A stretch of DNA of 64,000 bases from a virus. The position numbers and the translations under genes were made by a program. Positions within the stretch are counted from its first letter, which is position 1; every line of letters begins with the position of its first letter. The stretch spans positions 48,371-112,370 of IMG/VR virus record IMGVR_UViG_3300042448_000816; one strand, given 5' to 3'. The notes beneath the pieces are model-generated. The model saw only the letters and a program-made list of their open reading frames with translations. It was not told the DNA's origin and searched no databases. Positions 60,363-64,000 of this stretch are shown piece by piece.

Positions 60363-60614
60363 TCACTTTTTGGGTTTCGCAACTTTTACTGGTTTTGTTT
60401 GTTCTAGCAAAATATCATAAATTTTATCAACTTTTGATTCCAGCTTTTCATGTTGGTGTTCTAGTCTGTTAACCTGGTCTTTTAAAGAAGATCCCCCGTT
60501 TGGCTTTAATTCAGCAAAATAGTGCTTAACTAGCCATTTGATTACAAAAGCCAGGGAACCTAAAATCGAGATAATACCTACAGCAATAGCTACTAGGGAT
60601 TCAAGCATAGTCAT
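60363..60614 (-). CDS. Putative holin-like membrane protein
   Basis: One N-terminal TM helix, ELKPNGGSSLKDQV.RLE coiled coil, basic tail. Confidence 0.55.
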   Translation of the reverse strand: MTMLESLVAIAVGIISILGSLAFVIKWLVKHYFAELKPNGGSSLKDQVNRLEHQHEKLESKVDKIYDILLEQTKPVKVAKPKK

Positions 60615-60778
60615 GATGGTTTAATTATAATAGCGTTTATGAAACATAAGAGCTCGGCGTAAAAAAGTCTTTAAATTTCGACGATTTTAAGTACGGCGAT
60701 AATAGAGAGACAAAACACATCCCTACAACATATGCATCTAACGATGCCCTATGTAGGAATAAGTGTTATAATTAGCAT

Positions 60779-60979
60779 ATGGCTAAAGACGTTAAATTCA
60801 CTGATCTATTTGATCCTAACCAGCCTAGAAGCGACAAAGAGCTTATTGAGCAAAGACTAGCAATTTGCAACGTATGCCCAGCATTCAAAAAGAACACACA
60901 GAGATGCAAATACTGTGGCTGCTTTATGCAATTAAAGAGTACTCTCCAACAAGCTAAATGCCCTATTGGCAAATGGTAG
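60779..60979 (+). CDS. Small Cys-rich protein, paralogue of 55730..55969
   Basis: RLAICNVCP...RCKYCGCFM.LKS.L..AKCPIGKW; TGTTATAAT 6 nt before the ATG. Confidence 0.8.
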   Translation: MAKDVKFTDLFDPNQPRSDKELIEQRLAICNVCPAFKKNTQRCKYCGCFMQLKSTLQQAKCPIGKW

Positions 60980-61221
60980 AAAAGCTCTGTACGCCTCTAT
61001 AAGGGCTTCAAATATAAAATACGTCTTCCAGTATCCCACATGTGTCAAAAGTCCCCAGAGGAAGCTTGTATGGCTTTATAGGGTTATATGAGTTATATTT
61101 GATAATGGGGTTTTTGACTACCAAGAGAAAAGTCTTGGTTTGTACCCCGAAAAATTTATATGTCAAATAGGGAGATAGGCCTTTGGCCTATTATTTATCA
61201 ATTCGTTACCAAATTGTTATA

Positions 61222-61269
61222 TTAGATCTTCTTACCACATTTGCATGTATCGCACTTGCAATCATTCAT
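61222..61269 (-). CDS. 15-aa CxC-x2-CxC micropeptide (MNDCKCDTCKCGKKI)
   Basis: Starts 2 nt after the upstream stop; SD-like AGGGA. Confidence 0.35.
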   Translation of the reverse strand: MNDCKCDTCKCGKKI

Positions 61270-61271
61270 GG

Positions 61272-61352
61272 CTAGTCCCTGTCTCTGTATTTGATCAATA
61301 TGGCAATAAGAAATACCATCAAGAAGATTAAGGTGCCTTCTATGAGTGCCAT
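61272..61352 (-). CDS. 26-aa single-TM peptide (MALIEGTLIFLMVFLIAILIKYRDRD)
   Basis: GGTATAAT 6 nt before ATG 61352. Confidence 0.5.
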   Translation of the reverse strand: MALIEGTLIFLMVFLIAILIKYRDRD

Positions 61353-61536
61353 GGATCTATTATACCCCCGAAATCTGAAAAATATTTCAAATTGGAGAAA
61401 ATCTGAATATTTGTTAGTTATGTATGATGCAAAAAAAATACAAAAAAAAAGAATAAGACTAGTGAGCACACACCACAGCAAAAAAAAATACACTAACATT
61501 CTTTTTACCGAATGCTAATGCTTCTTTTTTTATTTT

Positions 61537-61620
61537 TTAGTAATCGCAACCGATTTCTGGATGCTCACTTGGGTAAACATCTTGTCCACATCGTGGGCAG
61601 TCAAACATTTCATCTTCCAT
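61537..61620 (-). CDS. 27-aa zinc-finger-like microprotein (MEDEMFDCPRCGQDVYPSEHPEIGCDY)
   Basis: Strong SD AGGAGGTG; CxxC...H...C. Confidence 0.6.
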   Translation of the reverse strand: MEDEMFDCPRCGQDVYPSEHPEIGCDY

Positions 61621-61682
61621 TCTTCACACCTCCTAACCCGTACGACTTTTTTTATAGACACTAGTGCCACTGTTTTTATAAA

Positions 61683-61829
61683 CTAGTCTGACCCATAGTG
61701 ACTAGTAGCCACTACCCAGTAATGACCAACGCAATAACTTTCATCAACATCTTTGCCGTCTAGTGTTATCCTAATTGACTTAGTAGCATCACCATCGCAA
61801 TTGTAATACTGGCATTTAGTTTCTTTCAT
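61683..61829 (-). CDS. 48-aa zinc-finger-like microprotein (MKETKCQYYNC...YCVGH...)
   Basis: C-x4-C...C-x2-H; within the operon. Confidence 0.6.
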   Translation of the reverse strand: MKETKCQYYNCDGDATKSIRITLDGKDVDESYCVGHYWVVATSHYGSD

Positions 61830-61841
61830 TTTTTCTTCTTT

Positions 61842-62054
61842 CTATTTGTTTATTGTTAGGTTAGATAGTGAGTTTAGACTTTCATCAAACATTTTGTCGA
61901 AAGCATTTTGTGAACGCCTAAGCTCCCAACAAGCGTCTACATCGTGACCCTTAGCCCAAGCCTTAGCGTGTTTATAGTAGCTAGTGTAATCTTCTTGAGT
62001 ATACCCGCATACTTTACAGGTCATTTTTCTTGGCATAACAGTTGATTTTCTCAT
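61842..62054 (-). CDS. Small zinc-finger-like protein
   Basis: CKVCG...H...C; ATGA overlap with the upstream ORF. Confidence 0.65.
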   Translation of the reverse strand: MRKSTVMPRKMTCKVCGYTQEDYTSYYKHAKAWAKGHDVDACWELRRSQNAFDKMFDESLNSLSNLTINK

Positions 62055-62149
62055 TTATCTTCACTTTCATTTATTGCTATTGTTAGGGTTGTAATGTTGC
62101 TAATGGCTTGGTCAAACTCTTCCCAAGTGTCAAAGGTTAGTGTTATCAT
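62051..62149 (-). CDS. 32-aa microprotein (MITLTFDTWEEFDQAISNITTLTIAINESEDK)
   Basis: SD GGAG; abuts both neighbours. Confidence 0.55.
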   Translation of the reverse strand: MITLTFDTWEEFDQAISNITTLTIAINESEDK

Positions 62150-62287
62150 TTAGAACTCCATCAATTCTACGCCGTAAGCGTTGTAGCAATTTTCGCAACC
62201 AAACTCTTTGGCTTCTTCTACCCAGATTTGAGTAGTGTAGTTATCGCATAGTTGGCAGATACCTAGTTTTTGTTCTTGTATTTTCAT
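62150..62287 (-). CDS. 45-aa zinc-finger-like microprotein (..CQLC...GCENC..)
   Basis: CxxC-x16-CxxC; tight operon packing. Confidence 0.6.
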   Translation of the reverse strand: MKIQEQKLGICQLCDNYTTQIWVEEAKEFGCENCYNAYGVELMEF

Positions 62288-62290
62288 TTT

Positions 62291-62524
62291 CTATTTCTCA
62301 TTTCTTTTTTTGTAATCTTCATTCATCTTAGCAATCATAGCGTCCCAACGAGTGTTAGCTTCATCGGTGATTTGCTTATCGGTAAAGTAGTGTTGGCTAG
62401 CTAGAGCCTTTTCATAACGCCATTCTTCACGGCTAACGGCAGAGCCATCGTCACTACTTTCGGCAGTGTAGCAATTCTTTTTTAGGCTAACTAATGCCTC
62501 GAACATTTCTTCTAATTTTTTCAT
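62291..62524 (-). CDS. Hypothetical protein, first gene of the leftward small-gene operon
   Basis: SD GAAAGGA; preceded by the TGTCGG-N10-TAGGCT promoter. Confidence 0.75.
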   Translation of the reverse strand: MKKLEEMFEALVSLKKNCYTAESSDDGSAVSREEWRYEKALASQHYFTDKQITDEANTRWDAMIAKMNEDYKKRNEK

Positions 62525-62548
62525 TTTGTATCCTTTCTTTATGCTTTT

Positions 62549-62570
62549 AGCCTATCACTAGCTACCGACA
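62549..62570 (-). promoter_or_regulatory. PafBC/RecA-NDp-like promoter TGTCGG-N10-TAGGCT
   Basis: Exact match to TGTCGG-N10-TA-N3-T. Confidence 0.7.
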
Positions 62571-62673
62571 ATTGTGACCCTTTTTCAACTGATTTTCATA
62601 CAAACTTTTACCCTCTTTTTTGTAGGGTATCTACAACTGTTACCAAATTGTTATAATTATTTTTAGTTTTATC

Positions 62674-62699
62674 GGCGTGTCGACTTGACACGACACGCC
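62674..62699. repeat. Inverted repeat GGCGTGTCG-N8-CGACACGCC (two WhiA-like GACAC boxes)
   Basis: Perfect 9-bp arms. Confidence 0.75.
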
Positions 62700-62714
62700 C
62701 GACGGGGGCGGCCC

Positions 62715-62735
62715 TGTGTATAACTATGTGGATAA
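62715..62735 (-). promoter_or_regulatory. Two tandem DnaA boxes (TTATACACA, TTATCCACA on the minus strand)
   Basis: tgtgtataa at 62715-23 and tgtggataa at 62727-35. Confidence 0.65.
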
Positions 62736-62792
62736 CCTTGTTATGAAGATGTTATAAAATCCTCCTAAAATTACGGCGTGTCGATTTGATAA

Positions 62793-62814
62793 TGTCGTAG
62801 GTCTATGTTAGGTT
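62793..62814 (+). promoter_or_regulatory. PafBC/RecA-NDp-like promoter TGTCGT-N10-TAGGTT (1 mismatch)
   Basis: Also TTGATA-N17-TAGGTT, with GTGTC upstream. Confidence 0.6.
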
Positions 62815-62839
62815 ATAAGTAATTAGAAAGGATAAGTAA

Positions 62840-63022
62840 ATGAACGAAATAGTAATTGAAGGCTTCAAGTGTGTTGAGTGTGAGGACACTTACTACCACA
62901 TGCCAAGTTTTGGCTACTGTGATAACACTCTTGAGTGTGCGATTTCTGATGGTGATAGCGTCAAGCCTCACTCTTGGATTGCTAATGAGGGTGATGTTAG
63001 ATACCTTGTTAGGAGTATCTAA
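62840..63022 (+). CDS. Small Cys-motif protein
   Basis: SD GAAAGGA; CVEC...C...C. Confidence 0.7.
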   Translation: MNEIVIEGFKCVECEDTYYHMPSFGYCDNTLECAISDGDSVKPHSWIANEGDVRYLVRSI

Positions 63023-63141
63023 TGAACATCGTGGTAGAGGTTTTGGGTGTTGAGATCCCTGCCCTTGTAGTAGTGTGGGGATTTGGTATGTTGTTCTTGG
63101 TTGCTTTGTTTGTAGCAATTCACCTTGACACTAAAGACTAG
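63022..63141 (+). CDS. 39-aa membrane peptide (MNIVVEVLGVEIPALVVVWGFGMLFLVALFVAIHLDTKD)
   Basis: SD AGGAG; TAATG coupling; hydrophobic. Confidence 0.6.
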   Translation: MNIVVEVLGVEIPALVVVWGFGMLFLVALFVAIHLDTKD

Positions 63142-63273
63142 GCGTGTTGATTTGACATCCCCTAAAAAAATGGGGCGGCCCCCGTTTCCGATTTGTCAAG
63201 TTAGACACGCTTATGAAGTATACAAAAAATCCCCCGAAAGTTTGTAGCAAAACCTGTTGCTTTTGTCTACCAA

Positions 63274-63295
63274 TGTCAGTGGTGTGTGATAGTGT
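63274..63295 (+). promoter_or_regulatory. PafBC/RecA-NDp-like promoter TGTCAG-N10-TAGTGT
   Basis: Matches TGTCRgtg-N8-TAnnnT. Confidence 0.7.
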
Positions 63296-63320
63296 AATAG
63301 TAGATAGAAAGGAGTCAGAA

Positions 63321-63542
63321 ATGACAATAAACAAAATAGAAAACGGTTCCGTAGTAGAGCTTACCCTTAGCCACAAGTTGGACGGTGGTTGCCCTTGTGG
63401 TGCTACAGTTGCGATGTCCTACAGCAAGGACGGCTCTGGTTATGCCAGATACAACTACAGCAAGGTCTACACTCACAAAAGTGTAAACTTTACTGACAGC
63501 TTTTTTGCTGAGTTCGCTAAAAGATTTCCAGGCGAAATCTAA
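63321..63542 (+). CDS. Hypothetical 73-aa protein (MTINKIENGS...)
   Basis: SD GAAAGGAG before ATG 63321; the track start at 63213 is over-extended. Confidence 0.7.
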   Translation: MTINKIENGSVVELTLSHKLDGGCPCGATVAMSYSKDGSGYARYNYSKVYTHKSVNFTDSFFAEFAKRFPGEI

Positions 63543-63657
63543 AATAGTGGGGGTGTCGATTTGACATTCCCACAAAAATGCGGCGGCCCCCAAACCTATG
63601 CTTGTCAAGTATCAATTACGTTGAGTCTAAAAAATCCCCCAAAAAGTATTTGACAAA

Positions 63658-63679
63658 TGTCGGTCGTCTGTGATAAGTT
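63658..63679 (+). promoter_or_regulatory. PafBC/RecA-NDp-like promoter TGTCGG-N10-TAAGTT
   Basis: Exact match; TTGACA 18 nt upstream of the -10. Confidence 0.7.
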
Positions 63680-63703
63680 TTTGGTATAACGAAAGGATAC
63701 TAA

Positions 63704-63784
63704 ATGGAAGAGTTTTGGGAAGAGCGTTGCTTCGTTTGCCAATCGGCAGACGAGTGCCCTTGCGACGAGGGGACGGGATACTAA
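63704..63784 (+). CDS. 26-aa Cys microprotein (MEEFWEERCFVCQSADECPCDEGTGY)
   Basis: SD GAAAGGA; CxxC...CxC. Confidence 0.6.
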   Translation: MEEFWEERCFVCQSADECPCDEGTGY

Positions 63785-63861
63785 TGGAGGGGTTCGAGAC
63801 TGGCTACTGGACTCCAGAGTCATTAGACGAGTTTGCTTCCGACCTTCTTGAGGAGGCTTGA
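63784..63861 (+). CDS. 25-aa acidic microprotein (MEGFETGYWTPESLDEFASDLLEEA)
   Basis: TAATG coupling; ends at the next cassette junction. Confidence 0.5.
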   Translation: MEGFETGYWTPESLDEFASDLLEEA

Positions 63862-63889
63862 CAAGTCCCCTTCGGGGGGGGCGGCCCCC

Positions 63890-63898
63890 TGTGGATAA
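63890..63898 (-). promoter_or_regulatory. DnaA box TTATCCACA
   Basis: tgtggataa directly after the GGCGGCC core. Confidence 0.6.
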
Positions 63899-63955
63899 CC
63901 TGTGCAGATCTTTGTTATGAAGTTGTTATGAAACCCCCCGAAAATCTGCCACAAA

Positions 63956-63977
63956 TGTCGGTAGGGTGTGATAGGGT
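63956..63977 (+). promoter_or_regulatory. PafBC/RecA-NDp-like promoter TGTCGG-N10-TAGGGT
   Basis: Exact match, followed by SD GAAAGGA at the window end. Confidence 0.7.
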
Positions 63978-64000
63978 TTTAGTAATCAGATGAAAGGAAA

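Noticed and set aside
61291-61518. 75-aa plus-strand ORF, and the long version of 61272..61499
   Set aside because: They run through A/T homopolymer tracts without start signals; the 26-aa leaderless ORF at 61272..61352 is better supported.
61582-61590. Actinobacterial-type DnaA box TTGTCCACA
   Set aside because: Single copy inside a coding microORF (CGQ codons); likely coincidental.
63670-63861. 63-aa ORF from the track
   Set aside because: It starts inside the promoter. The SD at about 63691 points to ATG 63704 in another frame, giving two coupled microORFs instead.
62670-64000. CRISPR array
   Set aside because: Repeats are degenerate and 300-470 bp apart, and the intervening DNA encodes ORFs with promoters and SD sites; no cas gene was seen.
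1-64000. tRNA/rRNA genes, integrase, introns/inteins, alternative genetic code
   Set aside because: None recognised by eye, and long ORFs are intact under the standard code. tRNAscan and Infernal were not run, so small RNAs cannot be excluded.

Overview
A 64 kb segment of an AT-rich tailed dsDNA phage genome (siphovirus-type). The host is probably an actinobacterium, inferred from widespread leaderless extended -10 promoters and actinobacterial regulator motifs. Positions 1-60.6 kb are almost entirely minus-strand late genes. In transcription order (right to left): holin-like and baseplate/fibre genes, collagen-like fibres, a glycosylation block (3 GT61-like, GT2-TPR, HAD-nucleotidyltransferase, GDPD-like), portal, protease/scaffold, major capsid, head-tail genes, tail tube, two paralogous tail chaperones, a 3458-aa tape measure protein (TMP) carrying ADP-ribosyltransferase-like cargo, and tail-tip genes. 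No terminase, integrase, polymerase, tRNA or CRISPR array was recognised. The most unusual part is 61.2-64 kb, a divergent array of microprotein cassettes. Each cassette has a promoter matching the actinobacterial PafBC/RecA-NDp DNA-damage motif (TGTCRG-N10-TA-N3-T). Cassettes are separated by a conserved junction (TTGACA-N15/16-GGCGGCC) with DnaA-, WhiA- and MtrA/GlnR-like boxes. The supplied ORF track gives the wrong strand for 55168..55728 (it is on +), misses several ORFs under 60 aa and over-extends several starts. Product calls come from motif recognition by eye, not database searches.
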